From contig CAWGJT010000015.1 of NCBI GenBank assembly GCA_963822965.1, forward strand, positions 160,001 through 224,000: DNA of 64,000 nucleotides. The letters run 5' to 3'. This DNA is from an uncultured delta proteobacterium. Its GTDB lineage: Bacteria; Myxococcota_A; UBA9160; UBA4427. A program made the position numbers and the translations under genes. Of this stretch, positions 62,886-64,000 are shown piece after piece (position 1 is the first letter of the stretch; the number at the start of each line of letters is the position of its first letter). A model generated the notes under the pieces. The model was given only the letters and a program-made list of their open reading frames with translations. It searched no databases and was not told where the DNA came from.

Positions 62886-64000
62886 GTGCTGTCGAGTACG
62901 GATGCGATTCCGAACGAGAGCCTGAGCAGGCTCCATTCCGAGGCCATCGACGGGGATTCCGAGATTCGCGATCTCCTGCTTCGCGCCCAGCGCGATGCAG
63001 GTGACCGTGGAGAGCCGCTTGAACCGCGGACTGGAGCGGCAGCGAGCGCAGATCGAGGAAATCGACGGCAGAGCCTGCTGCTCCGCACGCAGAACTTCGA
63101 CGCCGAGCAGCCCCCCCAGATCTTCCTGAACCTGGCGCTGGACGGCCGGCGCTACTTCTTCTCCGTCCGAAGGCTCGAGGAGCAGCCGGCCGCGGGACGT
63201 CGCTGCGCGTCGCTCTGCCCGAGCGTGGTCTTCTACGCGGAGCGACGCGACCGGCCGCGCCGCTCGCCGCGCCGCGACGCGAGCGACCCGACCCGCGTCG
63301 TCCTGCAGCGCCGGCGAGGGCGCTCCCATCGAGGCCGCGGTCGACGACGTCTCCGACGACGGCCTCCTCCTGCGGGTTCGGGAAGAGCACGCCGAGCACC
63401 TGAACGGGGCTTTCCGGGTGTCCTTCCTGGACGGGGCACGCGCGGGCGAGGGACTCTTCGCGGCGGTGCGCCACCACGGCCCGGCCGCCGAGCGACCTGG
63501 CTGGCGACGCATCGGCGTCTCCACGTCGGCGGCCCGGAGCGGGCCGCTCGTTCCCGTCGAGCGGCGCGATTCGATCCTTCCCGCAGGCCGCCTGGAGACC
63601 GCCCGCCGGCGCTGGCGGGTGGTCGGCGCGGGCGCTCGGATCGCCGCGGGTCGCACCCTGCATCGAGTCACCGGCCGGGCGCCGGCGCTCCCCGAGATCC
63701 ACACCGTCGAGTTCGAGAACGACCGGGGCGAGCACCTCAAAGGGATCCTCGACGCCTGCGGCGAGGTACGCGGCGCGCCTCTCGTGCTGATGCCGCCGGC
63801 CTGGGCCAAGACCAAGGAGACGCTCCTGCCCCTGGCCCGGACGCATCGTCGAGACCTTCCGCGCGGTGAACGAGAGCGTCGCCGTGGTGCGCCTCGACGG
63901 CATCCGGCGCCGAGGCGAGTCCTTCAACGATCCCGGAGTGCTCGGCTCCCGGGCGCGAGTGCCACCACATGACGTTCTCCCAGGGCGCCGCGGACATCCG
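62886..64000 (+). CDS. PilZ-domain + alpha/beta-hydrolase (LuxD-like) fusion, multiple frameshifts, runs off window
   Basis: ERRDRPR and DVSDDG PilZ motifs; PPAWAKTKETLLPLA, VVRLDGIRRRGES across shifted frames. Confidence 0.6.

Overview
High-GC bacterial chromosomal window, roughly 70% GC by eye. Gene content suggests a Myxococcota/deltaproteobacterial lineage with many actinobacterial-like lipid/xenobiotic enzymes (inference). No rRNA, tRNA, CRISPR or intact transposase was seen. Layout: (1) 1-12.7 kb catabolic redox cluster (SDRs, thioesterase, F420-type LLM, EcKL-type kinase, DUF1214, SnoaL proteins, BVMO, hydrolase). (2) 12.9-20.7 kb peptide-ligation/transglutaminase locus (DUF2126 protein, Ser-initiated class II amidotransferase-transglutaminase fusion, alpha-E, circularly permuted ATP-grasp). 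(3) 20.8-31 kb TetR-controlled Coq4 and AurF-like/LLM units, SDRs, hybrid kinase. (4) 31.6-38.7 kb redox/metal block with broken cytochrome and K+-channel genes. (5) Sulfatase, Zn-peptidase plus Ddl-like ATP-grasp pair, cytochrome c4. (6) 44.3-54.4 kb signalling block (hybrid kinase, diiron protein plus amidohydrolase, response regulators, PilZ proteins, degenerate SthA). (7) Beta-propeller/ubiquitin-like/DGPF/ECF42 operon with a matching ECF42-type promoter. (8) ybaK with an internal 24-bp tandem repeat, antiporter, cfa-like methyltransferase, and a PilZ-hydrolase fusion running off the end. Several single-base frameshifts, dense after 62.3 kb, may be long-read errors. All family calls are from motif recognition, not database searches.
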